Shown in pieces: positions 26,056-39,900 of a stretch of DNA of 64,000 bases. The translations under genes and the position numbers were made by a program. Source of the DNA: Paragordius varius (taxonomy: Eukaryota > Animalia > Nematomorpha); the NCBI GenBank assembly GCA_964247055.1, contig OZ176060.1, positions 1,804,263 through 1,868,262 on the forward strand, in the 5' to 3' direction. The notes beneath the pieces were generated by a model, which was not told the DNA's origin, ran no database searches, and saw only the letters and a list, made by a program, of their open reading frames with translations. How positions within the stretch are numbered: position 1 is the first letter of the stretch; every line of letters starts with the position of its first letter.

Positions 26056-26397
26056 AAGGGAACCCACCATTAATTAATTTTTAGAGTTTATTTTATACAT
26101 TTATAAGACTCTAAAATTATTCGAATTTGTTTGAAAATAATACTTTATAAACAAATGAAACGATACATATTTTCCAATTGAGCGGACAGATCATACATTA
26201 TTTTCTATTTATTTTATATGAGACTTTTTTAAATAAATCATATATTTTATACTATTTACGAGTCGAAAATGAATTTTATTCTAAATTACTGTGCGCCTAA
26301 TAATAAATTATCGCATGTTGTATTAATATTGCAACAAAATAAACAGTATATTCAATTTTTCTTGCATAAATAATACTCAACCGATGCTATCTCATAT

Positions 26398-26449
26398 ATG
26401 CGGCCCACAAAGTTGTATGGACAGCCCTGTGAGTGTGTAATTAGAAGTT
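26398..26449 (+). mobile_element. Solo hAT right end
   Basis: atgcggcccacaaagttgtatggacagccctg resembles Charlie/Buster-type right termini. Confidence 0.45.
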
Positions 26450-27652
26450 TACGTCTTTTAAATAAGTATTCCATTCTAGACAATTTTGTGACTTTCGATT
26501 TATTTGAGATAGGGTAAGGTTAGTAACTGATGATAATATTGAGAAACCGCTTATTAGGGCGGCCTCTTTTGCAAGTCCCATCGACCAACCCAAGAAGAAT
26601 GTTCGCGGGAATCGGATCGAATGATATGGCCCAAATATTTCAATTGCTTCTAGATCACAGCGTCATATACTAGAAAATTTTGGTTTAAGGAAGTTTGGGC
26701 TCCCCTGAAGCAACAGAAATGTTACCCTATGAGCTAGCGACATTAACCTTAATGTCCGCAACATTTAAAGAACATTTTTTTTGAACTTGATTTTATTGTA
26801 TAAATCCTAAAATTACAATTCTAAAACATATAATTGATTGTGTTATCATCTTGTATATATAAGTTCGACTTTTTTATATAAAATATTGATTTATATTTAA
26901 AACATATTAGAAGTGCAGCGATATTGAAGACCTCCTAATTTTCGCTTTTTAGTCCACCGTGACATATTGGGGTAGTTTTATACCATTTTAATGCCCTAAA
27001 TCCTATAAAAGCCAAATGGCGCCAAAAATATATAATCAAAATTTTCGAAATTTCCTTAAATGAAAGATTTGAGGCTATAGATCTTTGACTGCATCAAATT
27101 GTATGGGAAATGTATTCTATTGGATGTTTTAAATTTGCGATTTGGTGCAAATTATCAAAATATTTTCTTTTATACATAAGGTTTATAATTTTTTGTTAAA
27201 GGTGATATATTGAGTAAACTTTTTATATAGAATTAATATATGATTGTGTTAATAAAAATTATAATCTTTTACTTAATAACAAGTTTTCATAATTCAATTC
27301 AATGCTAAATTGGGATTTTTAGCTTATGGACACTGAGAAAAAAATTCAAAATTTGATGATAATATTTTGCGTCTGAAATTATCCTTATGCTATACTTAGA
27401 CAATATGATTTAGTTGACGCGTTTTTTTATTGTATATAATTTTAGTTGGCCTAATGTGCAATATAAATGAGTTTTTCCCATTTTGGCTATTGACAGAAAA
27501 AACTAAATAATTTTTTCTATTATATTAACCGAATATATCATTTCTATATTCCTTATCCTGAAGCCTTTAGCTATCATTTTATATATGATTCTCTAACCTT
27601 TATTTTTTGCTACTTACCGTGTAATGGGAAAACGTATTTAAGCCCAAATAGA

Positions 27653-27929
27653 CCAATGTATAACAGTTCAAATTCACCCTTAAACAAAGCAAATTCATTC
27701 TAAAAATAAATTATATGTTTTCCTAACTCATTTAATTAAAAATTTATCTTTGTGGCATAGTTTATTATTTTTTCAATATCAATTTAATTTAAAACAAATT
27801 TTTTTTAAATAATATATAAAAATATAAATAAATTTTAATCCTAAAATATATATAATTTATTTACAGGTAAATTTAAACTCTTCGAGGGTGAATTTAAATT
27901 GTTAAAGGGTGAATTAGGGTTGTAAATGG
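27653..27929. mobile_element. Diverged member of the 21-bp-module foldback family; others at 35010-35215, 47817-48104, 49307-49773 and about 52961-53392
   Basis: CCATTT...AAATGG-type ends and ttcaaattcacccttaaacaa / ttgtttaagggtgaatttgaa modules. Several copies are flanked by TATA. Confidence 0.6.
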
Positions 27930-28259
27930 ATTTGGTTATAAAATTGTTTAAAAATCTGTTTTATTTAACAGATTGACTTAATAATCTAAATTAAAATAAG
28001 TTATCAATTATAACGTAATATAAATTTATTTTAAAAGATTTATTCCATAAGCATAGAGAATGGTGTAATAATGTATCAATCATATTTTGATCAAAATATG
28101 GATTATCAAAAAATGCAAGCTATATTTGCAAATCATAAAAAAACGACACATTTTATTTTAAATAAAGTTTGAAAACAAAATATTATAAATTTTTATTTTT
28201 ATATAAAGCATTATATAAAATCAAATTCAATTATGTACATTATGCTTGGTAAGACTTCT

Positions 28260-29489
28260 TTATCGGTATATTTCTTTTGAGAAACCGGACATTCTTATTT
28301 TTTCGTGAACAGATTTAATGTGCGTTGCAAGATAGCTTTTTCTAGAAAAATCTGTTTTACAAATCGGACATGGATATCTAATTTGTTCTGCGTTGCAAGA
28401 TAGCTTTTTCTAGAAAAATCTGTTTTACAAATCGGACATGGATATCTAATTTGTTCATGAACAGATTTAATGTGCGTTGCAAGATAGATTTTTCTAGAAA
28501 AATCTGTTTTACATATCGGACATTGATATCTAATATGTTCATGAATTGAATTGATGTGCGTTACAAGTGAGCTTTTTCTAGAAAAATCTGTTTTACAAAT
28601 CGCACATGGATATTTAATTTGTTCATGAACAGATCTAATGTGCGTTGCAAGATAGCCTTTTTGAGAAAATTCAGTTTTACATATCGGACATGGATATCTT
28701 ATTTGTTTATGAACAGATTTGTGTCTTGAAAGTGAGCTTTTCTGGGAAAATTTGGTTTTACAAATCGGACATGGATGTTTAACTTGTTCATGAACAGATT
28801 CAATGTGCAATGCAAGATTGTATTTTAGTGAAAAACCAGCCTTACATATCGGGCATTCATATTTAATTTTTTTGTGTACAGATTTGATGTGTGTTGCAAG
28901 ATAGCTTTTATGAGAAAACATTTTTGAACAAATTTCGCACGGATATTTAATGTGCTCATGTACCGAACGAATATGCTTGTTCAAGCTTTTAGTCATATAA
29001 ATCTTATCACATTGAATACATCGATAATTATGATCAAATTTTGTAGAGTTTAATGACTTAATAAGCTTTGCATTATTATTAAAAAGCTTGATAATATTAC
29101 TATTTATTTTAACATTCGCACACATCGGAGTAATTTGCATTACGTTTTCCGATGGTTTTTTAGCGAAAGATCTAAAGGCTCAGTCTGCTCTCCTACCAAA
29201 TCAATTATCAAGTCGTTTTTGTTGATTTTGGGAATGATATGAATTTTATCATCTAAGCTAATATTTTGTTGCGTATTTTCGCTTTTATGTTCCCTTGAAT
29301 AACAAAGGTTATGGAAAGAAGCGTTCAGAATTCTCCGTAAGTCATCATTTGTGAAGTCTTCAGTTTCCAACATATTAGTAAAAGATGCCGGTTTACATGG
29401 ATCAATATACTTTTCTTGTTGATTTTTGAGTTCTACTTTATAAAGCTTAGTATCGAGATCACACCAAAGTTTGTAAGTTGAGTCGCCGA
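28260..29489 (-). CDS. C2H2 zinc-finger gene or pseudogene: acidic N-terminal part with PLDLS motif (ORF 29373-29140, open upstream to an acceptor at 29490) plus a finger array (ORF 29140-28295) in the -1 frame
   Basis: Seven complete CxxC...HxxxxH-type fingers on an 87-nt repeat. An eighth is broken by a 16-nt deletion at about 28389, and a ninth lies out of frame, ending at the stop at 28260. PLDLS matches the PXDLS CtBP-binding motif. The two ORFs overlap at TAATG. Confidence 0.8.
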
Positions 29490-29991
29490 CTAAAAATTTT
29501 TTCAGATATGTAATTTAAAAAGTCAAGTTATCAATGAAGAAACTAAAAATTTTAACACAGGAAAGATAAGACCTATTTATAAGTTATTACTATAAAATTG
29601 TTGATGCATAGATTATTCATATAGTAATGGTTGAAAATATACACACAAAATGTAAATACATAAAGAAACCATAAAACTAAAACTTTTCAGCATAAACTAT
29701 AATATTATGTGTGATATCTCAAATTCATAATATTAACAATTACATCTCTATCCCCTATTTTGTAACAAGTGTTAGAATATAATGTATGGCTGTCAAAATT
29801 ATATTTAGTGTTTTCCCTTCTATTTGTAAGTTTTTGGATTATACCGTTATTAGATTTAGTCTTAAATTTTGACTAAAATAAAAATTATCTAATATTAATG
29901 TAAGGTTGCAGAAAGTGGCGGATTGATAATAAATTATTTTTAATAAAATAATTAACTTCACAAATGAGACACTTATTATATTGAAGATTAA

Positions 29992-30430
29992 CACTTGGAT
30001 ACAACACATTCATTTTAGTCCTTTGATATAAATTGGGTAGTCAAATACCCCAGGCCCGTTTAAAATTGAATTCTTTAAAAAATATGGACGGAATCAAAAC
30101 TATGGTTTGCGCTTTCATAACATTAGTAAACCGAAATATATAAAATATTTTTTCAAAAATAATTGGTAATACTTATTTTAAGCTAAAACCGAAAGGTAAA
30201 AATTTGGTCCACGTGACATGTGTGCAATGATCGAAATAAAAAAAGAATACAAAATAAACCGCCTTTTCTATTTCTATCAATGTTAGATGTAATTTAAATA
30301 AAAATTAGCTTTGATTTTACGCTTAAAATTAAATGAAGACCATACTTTGAAAAAATTTTGTAATTTATACAATTTATTTTAGATTAAAAGCATAAATTTA
30401 AATGGAACCGTTTCCTTCGGCACTCCAATT
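29992..30430 (+). mobile_element. piggyBac-like MITE, right end lost
   Basis: Starts ttaa|cacttggatacaaca and is colinear with 52010-52440. Confidence 0.7.
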
Positions 30431-31852
30431 CGAATCGAAGAGTTAATTAAAAGTTTAAAAATCAAACAATTTAATATTTTTCTCAAAAAAGCGGTGTTGT
30501 TTTGAAAATGATATAAGAATATAAAACAAAAGTATAGTAATTAATATTTTTACAAATTATTTTAATAAAAATTTATATTAATAATATTAGGTATGTATTA
30601 GGATGAGTATTTGTTAAAATATTGAGATAGATTAAGAATTTGTTCACGATTTATACATAAATTTTTTAACCAAAAATAATTAATAATAAAACGAATCATA
30701 TCAAAATAAAAAAATATAAAATTACAAAATTTCCAAATCTAAATAATCATCTAAAAATAATATATATTAACTATAATGATTAATAGGTTCTATTATATTT
30801 AAAAACAAGATAATTAATATTATTTAAAAAAATATTTAAATTTTTTTTCTAAACAAATTATTTTGATATTATATCACAAAAAATATAATAATTAAAGATA
30901 ACGTTTAAATTAATATTTAAATAAAATATGATTTAATAAATAAATTAATAAAACCATGTAATATATAAATACCCATTTTCCAAATAAATTTATATTTTTT
31001 CTGATAACAAAAAGTAGACATTTTAAAAAAACCGTTGGTAATTTAATCGTCTGTCGTTTCACATATTATATTTAAATTATTTTTCAATTAATTTTGGGTT
31101 TGATTTTAAAATAAAATAATTTTTTAATATTTTTAATTTATATATATAATTTTAAATTTACTATAAAAGGCTATATTGAATTTTTTTAATTTAATTACGA
31201 ATTTATTTTTTAATAATATAAATAAATTTAACAATAAATTATTTAAATAATAATATTATTAAATAGTTTTGATTTACATCAAGCACTTACTAAATCTTAA
31301 TACTTTTTAGAATTACCAAATTATATTTATTAATATTTTTAATTATTTTCTAAAATTATAATAAAAAATATAAAATTTATTTTTGATAACGTAAAATTTA
31401 ATGCAAATTAATGATATTTTTTATTTATCAGAGAAAATCTGTCAATCCTTTTTTAAACATGAATATTTAAAAAAAAATATTAAGAAGGTAACATGAAAGA
31501 AAGTAAAAATATTTTAATCGGGATATCTTTTTTTGCGATTTTCCGCCAAATAAAAGTTTGGCTTATTTATATTTTATAGGAGACATTTTTATAAATAAAA
31601 TGCTTATTATGAATTAAACTATCTCTTCTAAAGAATAAAAAATACTTTTAGTGTTATAATTAAATATAAAATTATTTAATGGTTGACAAATATGATTATA
31701 ATTCTATTATTATATAATAAAAAATTTATTTTAAACCTTTTTACATTCAATATAGATAGGATCATCCACATTGATTTTGTACATCTTATTTCTTATTAAT
31801 GATGTTTGGAATACAATATGGTATTCCTGCTGTAGAAAAATATTTTATTTAA

Positions 31853-33960
31853 CTAGCTAGCCCTGTCACGCTTCGCATGGCATAGTCTCTTCAATAATAT
31901 TCTTAATATTTTGCAGTATAGGTAAGGGAAAATAAAAAACATATTTTATCAAGAGAATGTCTTAAAGTATTAATCTTTTACAGGTTTTTGCATAGGCTCA
32001 AATATTGACTCAAAAATGACAATATTTATGTCCCTTAATAAGGTTAATATTCAACTATTATTGGATATGTTTTAGGATTTTCGTTTTACGAAATCATGAT
32101 TAAAAATGTTATTTTGAAATTATACTGGGATTAAGGGGTATAAAAAGTAAATCATTTGTGGTCCTTTTTAAAAAGAATGATATTATACGAATTCCTCAGA
32201 ATTGTATTAACTGAACTCGTATGGCCTCTTTATTTAAAATTTAGCTCCAAAACCACGCCATTTTTGTATGGAGTCTAAGTCTTAAAACGGTAGCCCCCAA
32301 CCCATAGACCTGGATGGAAAAAGCACTGAGTTAAATTCTTTCCTTTTTAGGACAAATATTTGCAATCATCTTTGATACCATCATCTCATGGGTTATTTAA
32401 AAATTACTCAACACTTAATTCATCGTTATATGATGGCATAGCATATAGGCCCCAACGGCTAATATAAAACGCCTGACCTTAATTTTTACCTAGTTACGGA
32501 TAATATTTCAAGCTTCCAATGAGCTCATATGGCTTCATAAATTTTCTGTAAACTAGCTCAAAAACAACGCAATTTCTATGTACTGGCGCAGTTTTTGTCC
32601 GACAGCTCCTACAGGGCAATAAAATGGCGTTGGCCAAAATTTTTGCCTTATATGGGGAATATCTTGAATTATCATGGATTCCATATGTTCCAATTAGACT
32701 AAAAGCTGAAATTTGGCTCCAAAGGCATGCTGTATATGTATAATGACGCACGGGGGTAACCCTCTAACCTGGGGCGAAACAAAAAAAAACGCTCGATTAA
32801 AATTTTACTTAATTACCTGGAATCATGATAAATTCTATATGCTCTCGATTTTCCAAAAATTTTCTTAAAACCAATAAGTCATATGGTGGCTCATTTTCAG
32901 TGCGAAGGCCTAATTAAGGGGTAATTTAATAAAATCATTTTATTAATATTTTTGCCTGTTTACAAGTAATATGTCAGGCCCTTATTAATTAACTTTTATG
33001 GCTTGATATGTTTTCTTAAAGGTATCTCCTAAACAAAGCAATTTTGATATAGTGGCGCAGTTATAGGCGGGCAGCCCCCTACCCAAAAGCCAATATAAAA
33101 AGCGTTCCATAAAATTATTTGCTTTTATAGGGGAATGCCTCTAACCATTAAATCCATATGTTATCATAGGTTTTCGGAAGAATGGTTTCAAAACTAAATA
33201 ATAGTTCAATGATAGCGCATATCTTAGGGCGTTAAGGAACGGCTAATTTAAAAAAACCGTTCGACTTAAATTATTGCCTTTTTACGGTAATATTTTAGGC
33301 CCTTAATAAACTTATCTTAAAAGTAACTCCTAAATTTCGATATGGTGGCGCAGTTTTAGGCAGGTAGTTCCTACCAGAAGCTAATAAAAACGCTTTATTA
33401 AATTTTTTGCCTTTCTACGGAAAATACCTGGAATCATGAATGATTACATATGCCTTTCATTAGTTTTTGGAAAATTACCTCAAAACTAAGAAATCATTCT
33501 TTAACGGCTAAAAAAACCACACGACTTAAATTTTTGTCTTGTTACGGGTAATATTCTAAGCACATATTTAACTCATATGGCATGAAGGTTTTTGAAACTT
33601 AGCCCTAAAGGCACGCTATATCGATATGACGATTTTGAATAAAATGGCATTTTACGGGGGGAGCGGGTTAAAAGAGGGCCTAAATTAAATAAGCGAGCCG
33701 ACTATGTTCGGCCCAATCTAATAGTAAAAAAAACATATTTGACGCTTTCCAGAAAATTGTTGCAAAGACACGATTTTTGTGGACTTGTGTTTTCAAAAAA
33801 ACCCGTTTTTACACGATGTGGTCTCGAACTGGGGGCCTAATCAAAAAGGGCGAAGCCATGTCGGGGCATTCATTAATGATTAGAGTTTTTCGACATTTTG
33901 ATTTGAATGGGTTTACCGGTTTTCAAGAAACAGATCAAGCATTTTCCATTTTTATAAATA
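31853..33960 (-). mobile_element. Non-autonomous Helitron-like element, long copy with internal diverged repeats of about 280-340 bp
   Basis: aCTAG terminus at 31852-31856, followed by ccctgtcacgcttcgc. Both ends are colinear with 997-2225. Internal units restart at about 32240, 32700, 33020 and 33320 (recurring atggtggcgcagtt, aacggctaa, gacttaaatt blocks). Confidence 0.65.
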
Positions 33961-36900
33961 AATTAAAAAATTATCAAACATCTTCGTAATAAAAGTAAAT
34001 TATGGTACATTTAGAAAACAGGGGATTATTATTTTTTTAACGAAATTGCTGGATTAAGTGATAAATAGATAATCTTAAATTATACAGGTAGCTAGTAGGA
34101 CAATGAATATTTTTAAATATTGATTGAATATTTTAGCCAAATAATAAGGCTACTGTTTTTAGCTAGCAAAAGTCAAATTAATATATTTTTAACGTCTTTT
34201 TAAAAGGACTACTATGCCATCTTTTTAATTTATTTAAATATTAATTTTAAGGCACCGCTATTATTAACAAATGCTAAATTAATTTTTTTATTCTTTTCGT
34301 ATTATTAGTTATGTTATTTAATTACTAATAAACTTATATTAATATTAACAAAACAAGGGATTATGTTTAATATAAATAAGTTTTACGATCAGGAATGATA
34401 GCCCATAAACGGTAAAATATTTAAATAGTTTTATAAATTATTCTTTTATGTTGACTTTTATAATGTTATAATATTAATGAGTTAGAATATATATAGCTAA
34501 ATATATATAGCTAAATATATATAATGTTGAAATTTAAATTTTAAACAAAATATTGTCATGATTTTATGTAATTATCACTAATATACAGGTATAATTTTCT
34601 TTAGATTCTCTTTTATTTGTAAAATTCATAGAGAACAGTGGTCAACAAAAGTTTCAATTTTCAAGTTTTTCTAAAATAACATTATTTTGCCACATTTTTT
34701 TAAACCCCATGCCCTTGAAAATTAATGGTTAAAAAACAAACTTTTATGCTATTAAATAATAATTTTGCATGAATAATATAAAATTAGCTTGAGTTAAATA
34801 GACTCGATTAAATTTTAAATATTTCATAATTTTTCTTTAGATATAAAAAGACGAATATCTGATAATTTTTAATAAATTACTACAATTAACCAAATAGTTT
34901 TTCCATATCATAATTATTGTCCGAAACTAAAAAATAAATTAATTTTTTTCCTTTTTCGAATTCAGATTAATTTCAGACAGATTCTCTTTGGGTAAAAATT
35001 GGATATATACCATTTACAATTTAAATTCCCTTAAACAATATCCTTGAACCATTCAAATTCACCCTGAAACAATTCAAACTTACCCCGCAAATAATATATA
35101 TTTGTTTTTACCATAAAGTTATTTTTCATATTAATAATAATGAGTTATTTTAGTTCAAAAACACAAAATTTATTTTTAGGGTTAATTTGAATTGTTTAAG
35201 GAGTAAGTTCAAGGGTATATATAACCAAAAACTTTCTTACCCATATAAATCTAATAAGACAAAAACTTTTACAATTAAAAATAACCATATTTTTTTTAAT
35301 ACATAGATTGCAATTTTAAATACATGGATTTACCACCTATTACTTGTTTTTTTTAGATATCTCATTATTTATGCATAGTTTAAATTTTGAGTGAAACACG
35401 TCATTATGTAGAATATCGAACACTTGATAATTTTTGAGTGAATTGAAAAATGGTGACATTTTTTGATTGGGCAAGAACTCTTGCTCCTTTACACAAAGAA
35501 AATATTTACCTCAAATAAAAAAACTTAAAATATTTTATCTTACTTAAATTAATTGGAACTTCCATCAACAATTGTATTAACAAATAATGTGCCATCTATT
35601 TAATTACATGTAATACATTGCTAAACCATACAACACTTTTTATGTTTAAATAATGGTTCACCAATAGGATCATATTAGCAGTTATCATTGAAAGCCAAAA
35701 AAACCAAACTACAAAACTTCTTATTAAATGTAGCAAGTTTCTTTAAAATTCGGGACCTTGAATTATCAATATTTTTTCCGTTTTGTTCTGTATATTTACA
35801 TTTTTTATGTTATTTATTGCCTGCTAAAAATGACAAGTATAAATGACTTGATAATACAAGAAATTCCAAATATTATTTTACAATTTATCAATTCTAAGCC
35901 ATAAAATAATCAATCATAAACCAAGAATTAGCATTGGTATTGGTTAATAAATGTAAGCGACGGTTTTTTAAATTATTCGCGTGTAACAAATTTATAAAAA
36001 CGACGATGGTTACAAAAATACTCGCACACACAACAACAGAAGTATGATGAAAAGTAAGTAAAATAAAATTTTTTCAAAATTAGATGGCCTATATATGTTC
36101 CGATTATTAAATAAATATTTGCCCATATATATAACCATTTTTATTTGTATATCTGTGAATAAACTTTAATTGTTTTTCAGTATTTTAAGTCATCATAATA
36201 AAAAATAAAATAATTTCTTATCCGTATAAGTCCATATCTTCTTTTTTTTGCAGCGACTTGCCAGGTCTGGCTTGCACTATCATTGCAAGACCCAATTTTT
36301 TATTAAAAATGAAATTTATGAATAATATTTTTCAATATTTTTTTTGCGGCTTGCAAGTAATTTGAAGTTATTTCAGATCATATAAATCATCAGAATATAT
36401 TTTGTTTGTTCTGGTGTATTTATTAATAATCTTGGGAAAGAAGCATGATTTATCTTTGACAATACGATTTGTTTTAGCATAATACGACCGATTTTGTTTT
36501 TGATATGGAACATATAAAAAGAGTAAATATTTAATATCAGCACAAAAATCAAAGGAGCATGGGAATTTACTCTTTTTTTATAATAATAATTAAAACTAAA
36601 GCATAAAAACAGCCATAATAAGCTAAAATCATCTATATATATACTTTTTTAATGAAATTAACAAAAATATAAATTATAGTATTACCATTTTTTTTCTTTC
36701 TATCATAATGTCATGTTTAAACAATAGGTTATATCTAAAATGCTTGTTCTTTTGATATTAAATATTTATCTTTATTTAAATATATATATCTATATGTATA
36801 TCATCAGGATATTTTATATCCCCCGATTTGATGCATAAAAGGGATTTTATAGGAATTTATCATTCGAAATAAAAGTTAAATGAAATATCACTTGTTTATA

Positions 36901-39900
36901 AAGTAATAATTATTCGAAAACAAATTGAATCCATTAAAGGTTACACATTGCAACGTAGGCTCCCAATATCTATCAATTTATACCGTCAAAAATTTATATA
37001 TTCTCCAAATATTTTTGAGTAATATTTTTGTTTAACAATAAATGTAATATAAGGAAGTTAAAATTAGGTTTTTTACAATAAATGCTCTACAAAGAGTAAG
37101 CAAACTATTTATATTTTTAATAGTGTAAAAAATGCTTTTAGGTTTTGGTACCGAGTTTTGTATGTTTAAGAGGATATTAAAATGTAGGAAGGTACTGCAA
37201 AACTCACCATTTTTTATAGGCTAGTGCAGTAAAAATTTAAATTAAAAAGATAAAAACATTTTTAAAACATAATATTATATCTTGATGTTTCCTATACTAT
37301 TAAATTATTTAATTATGCAGAGCCTGCAATTTAAACCTCTATTCTTAAATTAAGCAATCAAAATTGTATGTTACAATTAAAATTATTCCTTGGATATGAA
37401 ATAATAATCGATTGAATACACAAATTTAAACCTTATAAACACAACAATCACTTTTATACCTCAAAATACAATACATGTCACACAATAATCACTCTTTACC
37501 ATTTACAAGAAATGAAAAACTTTCATTAAACAAAATTTTCATAAGTGGTACTAATATACCCTTACCTATAATTTTTTCATTCAAATCGTATTAGATCCTA
37601 AAAATTACCTTATTATAGGTTTCATTATATTGTTTTTTCTACGGTAAAGAAAACTTAAAAAGACAATCCAAAGGCAGCCATATATATATATATTATATAC
37701 TTTAATTTTTTTCAAATAAAACCTATCGCTTAAAATCAAATGAAGAAAAGAGAATATATTAACAAACACTTTTAATCATATACTATTTAAACAATTATTT
37801 GGAAAAAAACAAGGTTTAAAAGTACAGTAAAAATTGGTATACGGATAAATGTAAAAATTTAAAAACAATTACTTTTTGAAAAGACAACCATGTTTTTTAA
37901 ACCCTAATTTATCCCATTAAAAATATTTAATAACAATCGTAAAATCTTTAATTAAAACAATCTGTTGTATTTTAAAAATTAATATTTAAAAAGTATGGCT
38001 GTACTCAAAAAAATGGGTCTTTATAATTTTACGTTTTATCCGTATTGTATGACTGTGTTTATAACTGTTTAATTTTTTACGTTCAATCTTTATGTTCCTA
38101 TTATTTATGGATATTTATAGTTAGCATGTGCAATTAAAATGACATTAAAGCTTAATTTGATCACAATATTTTATATTGGCATATGCAATCATATAATGAC
38201 TTCAAGTTATTGATTACAAATCATATTTGCGCTTTTGAAGTACAATTAGAATAAAAATATATTTAAAAATTTCGATAATACCAAACTTTTCAGTCTTAAA
38301 GACAACTTATCCATAAAATACATATGATACAAATGGCAACAACAGCCGCATTCACTTGTGCACAGAAATGCAAAATTATTTATGCCTTTGACTTAATTGA
38401 ATGACCCTATTTTGAAACTCATTTATACGCATACATGATGCAAATCAAAGTTAAACCGATATTTTTATATAATTCCCAAAAAAGCTATTGAATAATATAT
38501 ATTTAATGATGGTTTAAATCATATCGGTACAAAAGTTAAATCGATATTTTAAATACAGTAAAAATTAAAATAATACGGACAAAAACGTGTAAATGTAGAG
38601 ACAAATATTTTTATCTAAAACCATATTTTTTTTAATACATAAATGTTTCCCATATAAGCTACTTAGTTACAATTAAAATATAGAATTGATTGTGTTAAAA
38701 TTATATATCTCTATTACAACTTTACCATTTAAAATAATGAGTTATATATAAATAAAGATTTAAAAAGTATGGTTATTTTAAAAAATATTTGTATTTCCAT
38801 TTTTACGTTTTGTCCATGGTATAATTTTAGTTTTTATTGTAAAAATCCCATGAAAGCTATTTAATAATATATTTTATAAAATTTCTTAAATCAGATCAGT
38901 ACGGAATATCTAGATTTAAATCCATATGTCGCTAGTCATCGAAATATCAACACTATATTTTTAATTATAGTTAATAATCGGACAAACTTATAATATAATA
39001 ATTTTTTAAAAGACAACCATAATATTTTAAACCTTATTCTTACATAAACCATTTAATTTCATAAATTAAATTATACATTTATTTTTATTTTGCCACCCAT
39101 ACAATTACATTATAAAAAACAATAATGATAAAAATATTTGTCTTTTAGTTTTACTTTTTGTAACATCGAAATTAACTTCATGATACATGCGTAATAGATA
39201 ATAAATGACAAAATTTTATAAATGAGATGGCTTATTGCTGCATCTGAGGCACGTTCTTATTTTTTAAATTCAACAAAAATTAACTGTTATCTATTTATAT
39301 ATATACAACAAAAATTATATATTTTAAGAAAAATAATTTGATGATATTGTTCATATTTATAAATTTCGCATTAAGCTAAAACGTAAAAATAAGGACAAAC
39401 ATTTCCAAAGATACCAATATTTTCAACTTAAATTTGTTAGCAGTACACGTCAATTTTATATATTAAAGTCGAAACAAGTTATATATAAAAAACAAAGCTA
39501 TGTGTATAATTTGAATATTATTTATTAGTATACTGATTAATAACTTAAATGTAAATTATATTACAAAAATTATAAAAGTGCATGATAATCAGCATGAGCT
39601 AATTAGTTTATGCCACATTTATGATAAGGAGCATATTTAAAAGCCCCGTTCCGTATATATGATCAAAATGGTTAAATATAAATTTTTTAAATGATTTTAA
39701 TGTTATATATGACTTTACCTATTCAGAGGATGGCGATTCTTTTAGTAATAAACGCTTAACTATTAAATACCAGCCATCTGTTTAATGTCTTTATAAAATA
39801 TTATACATTTATTTATATGTGATATGTTATTGCGTCCTAACCTTTTAATATATTTATGAAAAATGTTTTTAATTTATATCTTGTAGTATAAAACTATTAT

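Noticed and set aside
26507-26524. tagggtaaggttag-like motifs (also near 3150 and 41360) as interstitial telomeres
   Set aside because: Only two or three imperfect units, at least one of them inside a transposon arm.
35350-36600. Coding-looking patches such as VTFFDWARTLAPLHKENIYLK and a minus-strand QKQNRSYYAKTNRIVKDKSCFFP
   Set aside because: I could not build a consistent exon chain or recognise a family. It may be a pseudogene and needs a translated search.
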